This document shows positions 40,526-53,954 of a stretch of 64,000 nucleotides of DNA, piece by piece. The translations under genes were made by a program, and so were the position numbers. The stretch comes from Eledone cirrhosa. Taxonomy: Eukaryota. Numbering within the stretch: the first letter of the stretch is position 1; each line of letters opens with the position of its first letter. The stretch spans positions 323,392,001-323,456,000 of the forward strand of contig OZ024740.1 of assembly GCA_964016885.1 (NCBI GenBank), in the 5' to 3' direction. The notes below the pieces were generated by a model. It saw only the letters and a program-made list of their open reading frames with translations, did not search any database and had not been told where the DNA came from.

Positions 40526-41697
40526 GCTCAAGTATTAATGTAAGGGAGATATATAGAGAGACATAGAGAGATATAGAGAGAGAAAAATTTAAAAATAGCC
40601 AGACATATTCGAGGCGTAGAAAACCCTATGTTTTAATGTATTAGTATTTATAAAACTTACACTATATTGTAAATATCAGTATTCCTGAATGAAACAAGTA
40701 TTCACAATGCGTGAAAATTCATTATCTTATGTTTAGTTTTTTAAAAAAAATTCATATGTCTATGTGAATCCAACTGATTCACTCCGCAAATTCAAAGTTA
40801 CCGGAAAACATTCTCAATGTGGTATAAAAATTTGAGCGTATTATTATTCTTGCGATTACTCTACAAGATTATCTATCAAGCAGAAATAGAGAGCAGATTT
40901 CAATATACTAATCGAAAATATATATTATATTATAAGCAGAGATAACAATAATAATGATAATAAGTAAAAATATATAAAAATATAAAAATATAGAATAGAA
41001 ACCTAAAAAAAAAAAGAATATTACGAAAGAATATTACATAATAAAAATATTGCATATTAAAAATACTACGTATTAAAAATATTACGTATTAAAACTTTAC
41101 ATATAAAAATATTAAAAATAAAAATTTACATATAAAAATATTAAAAATAAAAAATAAAATAAAATAAAAAATAAAAATATAAAAATATTATAGAATACTA
41201 CAATACTAAAAGAATAAAAATAAAAATAAAAATAAAAATAAAAATAAAAATAAAAATAAAAATAAAAATAAAAATAAAAATAAAAATGAAAATAAAAATA
41301 AACCACAAAGAACAACCCTTCAAGGTTAATTGACAATATATTGCCAAGTTCACTACAAGACAAAGCCAAAAATTATCTATCAAATCACATCTAGCAAGGA
41401 ATATCGCAAAAAAGATTATGATGTCCAATAATGTCTACATATGTTCCTATATTTAATATATAAGTTTATCAAGTGTAAGGTTAATTCAGAAAATTTGGAG
41501 CATCGGCTTTTAGGGTAGCTTAATTTTTCATGAGGAATGTTTAGATAAAAATAAAAATAAAAATAAAAATAAAAATAAAAATAAAAATAAATAAAATAAA
41601 ATAAACAATAAAAAGAGTAAAAAGAGGGAATCAAAGATTTAGGAATCAAAAGATTTATCGGCTAGTTCTCATATAAATATAAATCAAACTAAATATA

Positions 41698-43911
41698 CTA
41701 CATTTTAAATTTAAATTTATATTTAAACGTTGAGTTTAATCTATGTTTGCAACAACTGAATAAATTTGTCCGTAGGTTAAGGGAATTTTTAGATTTTAGT
41801 ATAAAGAATATCTCCTCTGCGCAGAGGTCACATGTCTCAGAGGATGAATTAAAAGGAATCCCTCTTGAGACTATATTCCAAGCCGTCGAATATCTAACGT
41901 TATCTAACTTAAGTTGCCAGAGTACACCTGATAGTGCCGTTGAAGATTTTTTATTTGGATCTGTGAAAGAATTCTTGTGGTTATTATAGCGAAGTTTAAA
42001 TTCCGTCGATGTGGAACCGACGTAGTTAAAAGAATTAGAGTCAGTATTAACATTACAATTGTATACTATATTTTTAACTAAGCAGTTGTTATTTAACGGA
42101 CATTTAGATCTATCTCTACAGTTACATTTGTTAACTTGTATATTATTTATGCTATTATCAGTAGGTTTTAAGTTCCTATTATTTATTCTATTAATATTTT
42201 GTGCTAAATTTTTGGTGGATGAGTAGGTTAATTTAATTGTATGCCTATTGAAGATTGAGTGGTACCTATGTGTTCTAGGGAAGCGATTATCAAGAGCTTT
42301 GAAAAATAATTTAGCGATGTGGGTTTTAATGTTTAGTGAGAAAGGGGGGGCAAACCAAATTATGTTCCTAGTTCTATTTCTTTTTTGTCCTTTGGAATTA
42401 TTGTAATGCTTTCTATTATAGTTGTTAATGTTGTTGCCATAATTAAAAAAGTTGTTACTTTGTTTAGTTTGTTTATCATTATCTATGTACACAATCTTAT
42501 CAGCATACCCTGCCCTAGCTAGTGCATCATTATAGTATTGGGCCTTTTCGTCAAAAATCTTTCTATTCGACGAGATCCTAGAGACACGTTTTTGGACTGA
42601 GTTTACTATAGTGTTTTTGACAGATCTGGGGTGGTTAGAGTTAAAGTTGACATAGTTTAAGTTTTCATTCAACTTGTGAAAAGGATAGTGGAGACATGTG
42701 TTGAGATTTAATGTTATATCTAGGAAATTGACTATTCTATGGTTGTTCTCAATTTCTCTTTTAAGGTTAAAGTAATTAAAAAATTTTGTAATTTGTTTAC
42801 ATTTTCTATTTAGTTCAGGGTTATTATTATTAATAAGTAAAAGCATGTCATCCCTATATAAACCTCCGGTAGTACCAGGTATTTTCCTATGTAGCGAATT
42901 GATTAAAAATAAGCCCACAAGGTCAGTTACTTGAGCTGAGTCGGAAGATCCCATAGTTATGTCAAAATTGCTATCTCTATCTGCTCTGGTCCATAATTTG
43001 TCATCAAATTCTATCAAAGTTTTCCTAGCCGATAATATAATATGCATTTCTTTGCTAGTTAGGTCCGTATGTTTGAATGCGTAATTTAGTGCCTTATTTA
43101 GTAGACTAGGGGTAATAGAAGAATAATAGTTAGCTATATCAAGTTGAATAAACCTATTATTATTGTCATATTTAATTTGCCTAAACCACTCAACAACCTC
43201 TCCAGTTCCCTTCCACAAGCTCAGGTTAGATACATAATCCAAGTTCTTAATTTGCAGTATCACCCTGTCAAGAATGTTTTTGCTTAATTTGCCCAGGTCC
43301 GATTTTGAAGGTGCGATCAATCTAACTGGCAGGTCAATCTCAAAATTCCTCTTGTGGTCCTTCATATTGATCTTCGGTTTCCTGGGCACGAAAGGTTGTG
43401 TTCTGTTCTCAATTTCCAACTCATGCATTATACAAGATGCTTCAACATTCATTTTCACAAGTTCGGTCTTATCTGCTACCTTGTATTTTTTCCTCAGCTC
43501 TTTCAGTATGAGGCCATTATACATGTCTTTCTGCACTCCATAGAGGTTGTTGGTCTTGTCAGATTTCACCAAGATCTTCTCAGTTTTCTCTAAGCTCTCA
43601 ATGTTATCCTTAATGCCTTTCAGATATTCCTGGCCTTTAAAGTTTCTCTTGAATTTGACCCCTTGTATGATAGAAATTATATCGTTTTCAAAGTCAGATA
43701 AAAGTTTGTTAGGGGGTGGATTTCTTTTAGATTTGAAAACTTTGTTTAAGTCCGAGATATTTTCGTCTGCATTAAATTTATCAAAGTGGAATGCACGCCA
43801 CCTGATTCTCCTTATAAAAGAGTCAGTTTTATCTATTAGTTGTTTTACAAAGTCTTTGTTTCTAGGTAGAGGTATATCTTTTAGAGAGGAAGTAATCTTA
43901 AAGAATTCCAT
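41698..43911 (-). CDS. Penelope-like element ORF (Naiad-like): RT + C-terminal GIY-YIG endonuclease, 737 aa, intact
   Basis: N-terminal SLKDIP...RRIRWRA. RT motifs KSDKT, FIQLDIANYY, ITMGS, LYRDD, NFLD. Cys cluster CNCRDRSKCPLNNNC. GIY-YIG-like IVY..YVG..R..H, CDLC..EE, C-terminal CKH. Confidence 0.93.
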   Translation of the reverse strand: MEFFKITSSLKDIPLPRNKDFVKQLIDKTDSFIRRIRWRAFHFDKFNADENISDLNKVFKSKRNPPPNKLLSDFENDIISIIQGVKFKRNFKGQEYLKGIKDNIESLEKTEKILVKSDKTNNLYGVQKDMYNGLILKELRKKYKVADKTELVKMNVEASCIMHELEIENRTQPFVPRKPKINMKDHKRNFEIDLPVRLIAPSKSDLGKLSKNILDRVILQIKNLDYVSNLSLWKGTGEVVEWFRQIKYDNNNRFIQLDIANYYSSITPSLLNKALNYAFKHTDLTSKEMHIILSARKTLIEFDDKLWTRADRDSNFDITMGSSDSAQVTDLVGLFLINSLHRKIPGTTGGLYRDDMLLLINNNNPELNRKCKQITKFFNYFNLKREIENNHRIVNFLDITLNLNTCLHYPFHKLNENLNYVNFNSNHPRSVKNTIVNSVQKRVSRISSNRKIFDEKAQYYNDALARAGYADKIVYIDNDKQTKQSNNFFNYGNNINNYNRKHYNNSKGQKRNRTRNIIWFAPPFSLNIKTHIAKLFFKALDNRFPRTHRYHSIFNRHTIKLTYSSTKNLAQNINRINNRNLKPTDNSINNIQVNKCNCRDRSKCPLNNNCLVKNIVYNCNVNTDSNSFNYVGSTSTEFKLRYNNHKNSFTDPNKKSSTALSGVLWQLKLDNVRYSTAWNIVSRGIPFNSSSETCDLCAEEIFFILKSKNSLNLRTNLFSCCKHRLNSTFKYKFKFKM

Positions 43912-44094
43912 TTTTCAGTTATAATATAAAGCGCTCAACAGTATTGGAGCAAGATACATGTAAAGTTATATTTAAAATTGTTGGGTTACAACTAGTAAAT
44001 ATTTATAACTGATATAAAAGCACTCGACAAATACTTGGAGTATATTTACAATATTAAATAAATGGAAAACTATATTTATAAAACCATATTTATT

Positions 44095-44157
44095 TCATTA
44101 TATATATTTCGGGGATATCATATTAACAATATGCTATGCCTTCATCAGACAAAATAC
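44095..44157 (-). ncRNA. Hammerhead-like motif in the 5' pLTR
   Basis: Same motif as 40074-40135. Confidence 0.7.
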
Positions 44158-44524
44158 AATATAAACAGTTTTATAGATAAATATATTCGACATACCGTAA
44201 TAAACATCAACTTCATTTGAAGAGGTTCACTCTAGCAGTGAAAATACAGAGAGAAAGAAAGAGAGAGAGAAAAGAGGGAAATAAGAAAGAAAGAAAGACA
44301 AAACGAAGAAAAGGAAGAAAAAGAAGAAAAAAAAGAAGAAATGCATGGGACAAAATAGAGAGATGGAAAAATAGATAAAGCGAAGAGCTTCATGTAAAGA
44401 GACCGAAAGAGATATATATATATATAGAGAGAGAGAGGAAATAGAGATAGATACATATATAAATATAGATATAGAAAAATTAGGTAGTGGGAGGTCATTT
44501 TGAGTAAGTGTATCAATGATGCAT

Positions 44525-44559
<35 letters not shown>

Positions 44560-44722
44560 GCTCAAGTATTAATGTAAGGGAGATATATAGAGAGACATAG
44601 AGAGATATATAGAGAGAAAAATTTAAAAATAGCCAGACATATTCGAGGCGTAGAAAACCCTATGTTTTAATGTATTAGTATTTATAAAACTTACACTATA
44701 TTGTAAATATCAGTATTCCTGA

Positions 44723-46255
44723 ATGAAACAAGTATTCACAATGCGTGAAAATTCATTAGTTGAGTGGTTTAGGCAAATTAAATATGACAATAATAATAGG
44801 TTTATTCAACTTGATATAGCTAACTATTATTCTTCTATTACCCCTAGTCTACTAAATAAGGCACTAAATTACGCATTCAAACATACGGACCTAACTAGCA
44901 AAGAAATGCATATTATATTATCGGCTAGGAAAACTTTGATAGAATTTGATGACAAATTATGGACCAGAGCAGATAGAGATAGCAATTTTGACATAACTAT
45001 GGGATCTTCCGACTCAGCTCAAGTAACTGACCTTGTGGGCTTATTTTTAATCAATTCGCTACATAGGAAAATACCTGGTACTACCGGAGGTTTATATAGG
45101 GATGACATGCTTTTACTTATTAATAATAATAACCCTGAACTAAATAGAAAATGTAAACAAATTACAAAATTTTTTAATTACTTTAACCTTAAAAGAGAAA
45201 TTGAGAACAACCATAGAATAGTCAATTTCCTAGATATAACATTAAATCTCAACACATGTCTCCACTATCCTTTTCACAAGTTGAATGAAAACTTAAACTA
45301 TGTCAACTTTAACTCTAACCACCCCAGATCTGTCAAAAACACTATAGTAAACTCAGTCCAAAAACGTGTCTCTAGGATCTCGTCGAATAGAAAGATTTTT
45401 GACGAAAAGGCCCAATACTATAATGATGCACTAGCTAGGGCAGGGTATGCTGATAAGATTGTGTACATAGATAATGATAAACAAACTAAACAAAGTAACA
45501 ACTTTTTTAATTATGGCAACAACATTAACAACTATAATAGAAAGCATTACAATAATTCCAAAGGACAAAAAAGAAATAGAACTAGGAACATAATTTGGTT
45601 TGCCCCCCCTTTCTCACTAAACATTAAAACCCACATCGCTAAATTATTTTTCAAAGCTCTTGATAATCGCTTCCCTAGAACACATAGGTACCACTCAATC
45701 TTCAATAGGCATACAATTAAATTAACCTACTCATCCACCAAAAATTTAGCACAAAATATTAATAGAATAAATAATAGGAACTTAAAACCTACTGATAATA
45801 GCATAAATAATATACAAGTTAACAAATGTAACTGTAGAGATAGATCTAAATGTCCGTTAAATAACAACTGCTTAGTTAAAAATATAGTATACAATTGTAA
45901 TGTTAATACTGACTCTAATTCTTTTAACTACGTCGGTTCCACATCGACGGAATTTAAACTTCGCTATAATAACCACAAGAATTCTTTCACAGATCCAAAT
46001 AAAAAATCTTCAACGGCACTATCAGGTGTACTCTGGCAACTTAAGTTAGATAACGTTAGATATTCGACGGCTTGGAATATAGTCTCAAGAGGGATTCCTT
46101 TTAATTCATCCTCTGAGACATGTGACCTCTGCGCAGAGGAGATATTCTTTATACTAAAATCTAAAAATTCCCTTAACCTACGGACAAATTTATTCAGTTG
46201 TTGCAAACATAGATTAAACTCAACGTTTAAATATAAATTTAAATTTAAAATGTAG
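44723..46255 (+). CDS. Chimeric 510-aa ORF: 12 codons from the antisense pLTR fused in frame to the RT core and GIY-YIG
   Basis: MKQVFTMRENSL comes from the antisense pLTR. From VEWFRQ onward it is identical to the C-terminal part of the 737-aa ORF. Expression unknown. Confidence 0.55.
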   Translation: MKQVFTMRENSLVEWFRQIKYDNNNRFIQLDIANYYSSITPSLLNKALNYAFKHTDLTSKEMHIILSARKTLIEFDDKLWTRADRDSNFDITMGSSDSAQVTDLVGLFLINSLHRKIPGTTGGLYRDDMLLLINNNNPELNRKCKQITKFFNYFNLKREIENNHRIVNFLDITLNLNTCLHYPFHKLNENLNYVNFNSNHPRSVKNTIVNSVQKRVSRISSNRKIFDEKAQYYNDALARAGYADKIVYIDNDKQTKQSNNFFNYGNNINNYNRKHYNNSKGQKRNRTRNIIWFAPPFSLNIKTHIAKLFFKALDNRFPRTHRYHSIFNRHTIKLTYSSTKNLAQNINRINNRNLKPTDNSINNIQVNKCNCRDRSKCPLNNNCLVKNIVYNCNVNTDSNSFNYVGSTSTEFKLRYNNHKNSFTDPNKKSSTALSGVLWQLKLDNVRYSTAWNIVSRGIPFNSSSETCDLCAEEIFFILKSKNSLNLRTNLFSCCKHRLNSTFKYKFKFKM

Positions 46256-47945
46256 TATATTTAGTTTGATTTATATTTATATGAGAACTAGCCGATAAAT
46301 CTTTTGATTCCTAAATCTTTGATTCCCTCTTTTTACTCTTTTTATTGTTTATTTTATTTTATTTATTTTTATTTTTATTTTTATTTTTATTTTTATTTTT
46401 ATTTTTATTTTTATCTAAACATTCCTCATGAAAAATTAAGCTACCCTAAAAGCCGATGCTCCAAATTTTCTGAATTAACCTTACACTTGATAAACTTATA
46501 TATTAAATATAGGAACATATGTAGACATTATTGGACATCATAATCTTTTTTGCGATATTCCTTGCTAGATGTGATTTGATAGATAATTTTTGGCTTTGTC
46601 TTGTAGTGAACTTGGCAATATATTGTCAATTAACCTTGAAGGGTTGTTCTTTGTGGTTTATTTTTATTTTCATTTTTATTTTTATTTTTATTTTTATTTT
46701 TATTTTTATTTTTATTTTTATTTTTATTTTTATTTTTATTTTTATTTTTATTCTTTTAGTATTGTAGTATTCTATAATATTTTTATATTTTTATTTTTTA
46801 TTTTATTTTATTTTTTATTTTTAATATTTTTATATGTAAATTTTTATTTTTAATATTTTTATATGTAAAGTTTTAATACGTAATATTTTTAATACGTAGT
46901 ATTTTTAATATGCAATATTTTTATTATGTAATATTCTTTCGTAATATTCTTTTTTTTTTTAGGTTTCTATTCTATATTTTTATATTTTTATATATTTTTA
47001 CTTATTATCATTATTATTGTTATCTCTGCTTATAATATAATATATATTTTCGATTAGTATATTGAAATCTGCTCTCTATTTCTGCTTGATAGATAATCTT
47101 GTAGAGTAATCGCAAGAATAATAATACGCTCAAATTTTTATACCACATTGAGAATGTTTTCCGGTAACTTTGAATTTGCGGAGTGAATCAGTTGGATTCA
47201 CATAGACATATGAATTTTTTTTTAAAAAACTAAACATAAGATAATGAATTTTCACGCATTGTGAATACTTGTTTCATTCAGGAATACTGATATTTACAAT
47301 ATAGTGTAAGTTTTATAAATACTAATACATTAAAACATAGGGTTTTCTACGCCTCGAATATGTCTGGCTATTTTTAAATTTTTCTCTCTCTATATCTCTC
47401 TATGTCTCTCTATATATCTCCCTTACATTAATACTTGAGCTAAATAAATAAATAAATAAATAAATAAATGCATCATTGATACACTTACTCAAAATGACCT
47501 CCCACTACCTAATTTTTCTATATCTATATTTATATATGTATCTATCTCTATTTCCTCTCTCTCTCTATATATATATATATCTCTTTCGGTCTCTTTACAT
47601 GAAGCTCTTCGCTTTATCTATTTTTCCATCTCTCTATTTTGTCCCATGCATTTCTTCTTTTTTTTCTTCTTTTTCTTCCTTTTCTTCGTTTTGTCTTTCT
47701 TTCTTTCTTATTTCCCTCTTTTCTCTCTCTCTTTCTTTCTCTCTGTATTTTCACTGCTAGAGTGAACCTCTTCAAATGAAGTTGATGTTTATTACGGTAT
47801 GTCGAATATATTTATCTATAAAACTGTTTATATTGTATTTTGTCTGATGAAGGCATAGCATATTGTTAATATGATATCCCCGAAATATATATAATGAAAT
47901 AAATATGGTTTTATAAATATAGTTTTCCATTTATTTAATATTGTA
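44759..47945 (+). mobile_element. Inverted, 5'-truncated second copy of the same PLE
   Basis: Reverse complement of ~40026-43194. The shared protein part is identical. Sharp junction ...aattcatta|gttgagtgg. Ends in (TA)n. Confidence 0.92.
47831..47896 (+). ncRNA. Hammerhead-like motif in the inverted pLTR
   Basis: CTGATGA at 47844-47850, GAAA at 47882-47885, followed by TATATA. Confidence 0.7.
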
Positions 47946-49383
47946 TATATATATATATATATATATACATACATACATATACAGCCATACTCTCCAATCA
48001 TCTTTCTGTGTTATGGTTTCCTCGTGTAAATCAATTATATTTCCTGTAATATAATGGTCGACCTGACATGGTCAGTGAGACGATGGATTCAGCCAAAGCT
48101 AGGCTATTGGTTAAACTCCAGGGCTTCTAATTTCCACTGCTAGTCTATTGCTGTAACTCAACTTTGATAACCTGAGCAAAATACCCAAATTGTAATATAA
48201 TTGCGTTTTCCGACCCACTGGCCAATCCCATTCCATCAAGCGATGCCAAAAATATTAGAAATATCTATTACAAAGGTACTAATTTCAGTAGGATAAAATG
48301 GGTTTCTAGTTTAGAAGTTGGTCTCACGATCATAAGACTGTTATGTCGAACCCAGGTCGTTGCTGCGCATTTTATTCGTAAGTAAAGCACTTCATTTACG
48401 CTTCTCCCGTTCACTCAACTGAAAATTGTGCACCAGCCAGCAGTAGAGAATTAACCTTGCAATGGACCGACGTCAAGTTCAGTGGATATTGTAATTTTAT
48501 ATTCGTGAAACTCGAATAAACCGAAGAAATTTGCCTTCAATTTTTGTTTCTTATTAAACTATTTCGTTAATACGCTCTATTTCAATTGATACATAAATTC
48601 TTTTGAGTGATTTAATAATTTATTAAGTAGTTCACTGCTAAAATAATAGTAATTTAACATATGGTTCTAATGTAATATTATGCTGGGAAATTTTACTTCA
48701 AATAGAAACCATTTATTTTAAATGGGTGTGTTTTTTTCAATAGAACCACAGGGGGTTTTAGCAAAAGGGTCAATGCATTAGTTTAGCAAGGACAATGGAG
48801 TAATGTATTTTACTTTTACAAGGCCTGCCAAATTCATATTGTGACTATAAGTTAGAATCAAGATATGAGAAAACCCAAATTATATTGACTATCCACACAG
48901 ACCTGTATTTGTGGTGCGTACAGATTGGCTGAATAGTTAAGAAGTTCGATTCGCAATTGGGCTCCGTATTCGATTCCACTGCATGCCATCTATGAGTTGT
49001 CCTAAATCTGAGTGAAATTGGGTGATCGGAACCTGCTTAGGAGCCTGTCAGTATGACTGTACTTATACTTCAAATGCCTCGGCCTGGTCACGCAATGCAA
49101 ATTACATTAAGGGTATACATGTTTGTGACATGCCAGCTATTTACACATTCATTTCACGAACTTGCTGTTCTGTTGATCGAACAACTAGAACAGTCATCGT
49201 CGAAACCGACTGAAATCCGTCTGTAGTTCTCAGAACTAGTTGCTCTAAAACAAAAAACAGGTGTTGTTAAATAAATTTGGCTATTGTGTCAAGATTTATC
49301 ACCATAAAAGGCTTATCGCATATGTAACCTACAGAAAAATACCTTCTGCAGCACTATCGCAGTCTGTTATTTTCTCCTTCTAC

Positions 49384-49473
<90 letters not shown>

Positions 49474-49498
49474 TTCTCTCACTCTCTCTCTCTCTCTA

Positions 49499-49568
<70 letters not shown>

Positions 49569-50029
49569 TTATTCACTCACTCTCTTTCACTCCCTCAAAT
49601 TCCCTCACTCACTCATCCACCCTCTTTCCCTCTCTCTGTCTTCTTATATTCCCTCCTCCTCAATTAATCGTTCTCTAAATTTCTGTCTCCAGCTAACACC
49701 AATATCTCTAAGAATGTTGCTATAACTAGTTCTAAAATACAACGACCTACAATCACGTGTTGGAAACCTTCACATCAAACATTCCTCACCACTCACTTTC
49801 TGTCCAACCTCCACTCCACCCTCTTATTGATGATTTAGGAAGAAACATCAGCACGTTTGTGGCGATAACCTTTCTATTTAGAAGGGACAATAATACACTC
49901 CCACTAACATATATGCACGGATATGGTCATATTACCTGATTTGTAATGTTATACACATATATGTATGTGTGTGTGCGTGTGAGTGCACGTGTATGTGTGT
50001 GTGTGTTTGTGTGTATATAAAGATTAAAA

Positions 50030-50945
50030 CATTAAGTGTGTCACACACCGAGAGGTCATCAGGCTAGCGTTTATCCTGGTTTCATATATAGGCGTGAGCA
50101 GTTAGTAATAACTATGAGAAACCACTCATTAGACATTAGATCAATTCTAGCTGCTCTGCTTCTGAATGAGTTTAATGTTCGCATCAGGGACGGGATTTGG
50201 AATAGAACCCAACACTCTGAATACAATACGAAAACATGCGTTCTCACAGTTATCGACAGTAAACAATATTCTTCAGCGTCTAGGGTTGGAGCATAAGTAG
50301 AAATAAGACTGGTGTAATTCACTTTTGGAAGAGATAAACGAAGAGTCATAATTCGTTCGTTGATGGCAGTTGGTGTATAGTGATGGTCTCGTATGATGTA
50401 GCTTTTAATAAGAAAAAAAACAATCCTTGGATTCTTCTGTCCCTTTTATCCTTGCCTTTCAAAAAAGAATGTATAACCAGTGCCTTGGAGTCTTCCTTTT
50501 CCTGAAAGCAGTATTTCACACCTTGAATCTAGCCAGTTCCTTTGAGATTAGAGCTGTGCAGTTTTCTGGTCTTCCACTGTTGTCAATGTCAATATTACAA
50601 ACATCATATTGGTAGTCTTAAGTTTCTTGTTCTTTTGATCACATGATATGTGGCCCGCCAGCTGCGGTTTCTAGTCGGGAAGTAGTAACGATCTACGATG
50701 TTTAATCCACTTGTTCTAGAACCTTCCTTGGGTGAGGTGTCCAGTTGTACTCCTAAGAAGGATTGTCCAGATACGAATGTAGAACCGGACACCTAAGGAG
50801 TCACTAGATCTTAGGTAGGCGACCATCACGCGTTCGCTGCCAACGTGCTGGTTCAGGAGTAGAAGCTTTTAGTTTCACCAAAACTTACTCCCGTCATCCA
50901 TTGCCTATCACTCTTAGGCTTTGCAAGAGTTGGTTGGGGGTGACA
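50030..50945 (-). pseudogene. Decayed 5' part of another RTE LINE (5' UTR + APE fragment)
   Basis: MTLRLSLPKVNYTSLISTYAPTLDAEE, plus degenerate NL.NVIL.DS..PE..TAL and FFWK-like segments. Confidence 0.75.
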
Positions 50946-51011
50946 GAAAATGAGAATAGAAGAAAGTGACTCACGTGAAATCAAGTTTGTGATCAACATT
51001 ATTACATAATA

Positions 51012-51198
51012 TGGCGGTGGATTGGCAGTATCAGTAGAGGGTCAGACACCATGCTTTCCAGCATAGAGTTATGTCCCTTTGCGGACTGAGTTCAAATACC
51101 GCCGAGGTTAACTTTGCCTTTCATCCCTACGAGTTCGATAAAATAAAGTACCAGTAATGTACTGGCTAATTGCTGGCCTAGTACCAAAAGTATAAACA
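51012..51198 (+). mobile_element. SINE family S1
   Basis: TSD attattacataat on both sides. Confidence 0.85.
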
Positions 51199-51631
51199 AT
51201 TATTACATAATGTGCCACGTTGAATCTCCATGGTACTTATGTTAACGGTGCATGTATCCGTTGTATCCTTATCACCTTACACGTTACATCCAACAGCACG
51301 CTGATTCGTTTAACGAACTGAAACACTCTTCATCAGAAGAGACGGAGGTCCAACAACAACTTTGATATCTATAAACCACAGGAAAGTCTCTCTCTCAGAG
51401 CTTTGGAAAACATATTTTATCCAGTAAGGTTGTTTTTCTCAGTTAATAACATTCATATCGGAAACGTGGAGCAGCGTCAACATTCTTATAATTATTGTAC
51501 ATCTTTTCCTTCTTCTAACGGAGATTCGGAATATATGATATTTTATATATATATATATATCTGTGTGTGTGTGTGTATGTGTGTCTATGTATGTGTATGT
51601 GTGTGTTTGTGTGTGTGTACGCGCGTATATA

Positions 51632-51662
<31 letters not shown>

Positions 51663-51705
51663 ATATATACACGCGTAAAGCGGAAGAATAGATAAATAAA
51701 TCTAA

Positions 51706-51739
<34 letters not shown>

Positions 51740-51743
51740 TTAG

Positions 51744-51839
<96 letters not shown>

Positions 51840-52560
51840 TGTATATGTATATATACATTTGTGTGTGTGTGCATATTTTGTTTTTATTTTTTTGTAAATA
51901 TATGGATAGTAGAAATATGTGACTGAGATAAAAAGGAATATTGTGTCTTTTTCATAATAAGTCTTAGAAATATTTACGTTTCGTTTTTTTGTACAGATTC
52001 AGCTCTAACAATATAGCATTGTTTAAGAATCTCTATATATTTTGCAGTAACGTTAGTGAATAATATATGGTACATGGTATAGTTTTATTCATTGAGTGGG
52101 TTAGAGTTTTTTTGTCACTTGAATTATCGTGTAATCCTTTCCATTATCGAGGTAGTATATATCTATATTACATCTATATTTATTACTGGTTGCATTTTCC
52201 CCTGATCAGCCCATTATCACGTGTACTTGGTTTAAAGAAAAGTATGTTGGGTTATTCCTAATAAATTAAGTTACGTGATCGACATTTTGTATTAATATCT
52301 ATACAAACTAATATTATATATAAATAAAATAAACTCTCCTTCAGTATATACGTACGTATGAATATATATGCACATATATATATATATATATACAACATAT
52401 TGAGAAACACACAGATACATGCGGACACATACATATACATGAATATATCCACATCCATCCTTGAGTTAATGGTGCCAACCTTACCCGATGTTGCTCTATG
52501 AATAACTGGGACAAACCAATCCGAATGGATTAGACTGAACCAGTATCAGAACTAAAAGTA

Positions 52561-52912
52561 CATTATGAAGAGAGAAGAAACATTTAGATATAATTAGTAA
52601 TAAGATGTATCATACCTAAACTGCTTCTAGATTCCTCGACTACGTAGTTTCGTGGCATAATAAAAAACAATACATCATAGAGATATAGAGCCTTTGTGAG
52701 GTCTGCCGACTTATCAAGAGGATACCTCATTTTACTAGCTTCAAAGAGCACGTCTATAAGATGTGAGATAGAATCCCAAAAGGCGGAGGGGAGTCTATCA
52801 CGTGATACGACGGTCAAGAAACAGAGCTAAGCCCCTTATAACCCTGAAAAAGAAGCAGTTTAGGTATGATACATCTTATTACTAATTATATCTAAATGTT
52901 TCTTCTCTCTTC

Positions 52913-52916
<4 letters not shown>
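52561..52916. mobile_element. Element with ~65-bp perfect inverted arms (probable PLE remnant); related copy at 63217-63590
   Basis: attatgaagagagaagaaacatttag...aaactgcttc and its reverse complement at ~52850-52916. Minus strand GAAA-ctacgtag-TC resembles hammerhead helix III. Confidence 0.65.
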
Positions 52917-52996
<80 letters not shown>

Positions 52997-53023
52997 GTAT
53001 ATACATACATATATTTCTGTGTG

Positions 53024-53152
<129 letters not shown>

Positions 53153-53516
53153 TAAAATAACAGATTAAAGTTTAAGCAAAGAATCGCTGCTTTCACCCTT
53201 AACGGGATCTTCTGAAACTAACAAAGTCAATCTGTAAACGCAGAAGTGGATATTTAAAAAAACGTTGCAACCGGAGGAAGACAGGAAGACGATACTTTGG
53301 TGTGTATGTGTATGTATTTTTTCTCACAAGTAAGTTCTTTCGTTGCTACAGACCCCGCGGCTGAATTACCGGTCGCTATCTTCAATTTGCAAAGCCCTTT
53401 AAACTGTATGTTATTACTCTGAGGTGTTATACCTTGTCGAACGCTTGGCTGCACTGCTGAAGGCATTCGTTGGCTTAGCTGCGGATCGAGCTTCGAATAT
53501 GCTGTACTTTCATTTG

Positions 53517-53584
<68 letters not shown>

Positions 53585-53828
53585 CATACATTACATGTAT
53601 GTATATTTAAACAATAAAGATGCGAGAAAAAACACAAGCCCTCCATCTCAATTCTACTTTTGAAAAGCACAAGAACTGCGAAACCGGTAAAGGAAACAAA
53701 CAAATATTTTAAAAAAGACTCCAGTTGCATTTTCGATTTCAACTATTTTCCTTATACGTTCACTCGTATAGGACATCTCGTTTTTTTTTCATTTTGTAAA
53801 ACAATCTAATTTTCTAATATATATATAT

Positions 53829-53932
<104 letters not shown>

Positions 53933-53954
53933 GGGTGTGTATGATTGTGTATAG

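Noticed and set aside
41698-43911. Selenoprotein-type Naiad (in-frame UGA plus SECIS)
   Set aside because: The ORF is open end to end with no internal UGA and stops at TAG.
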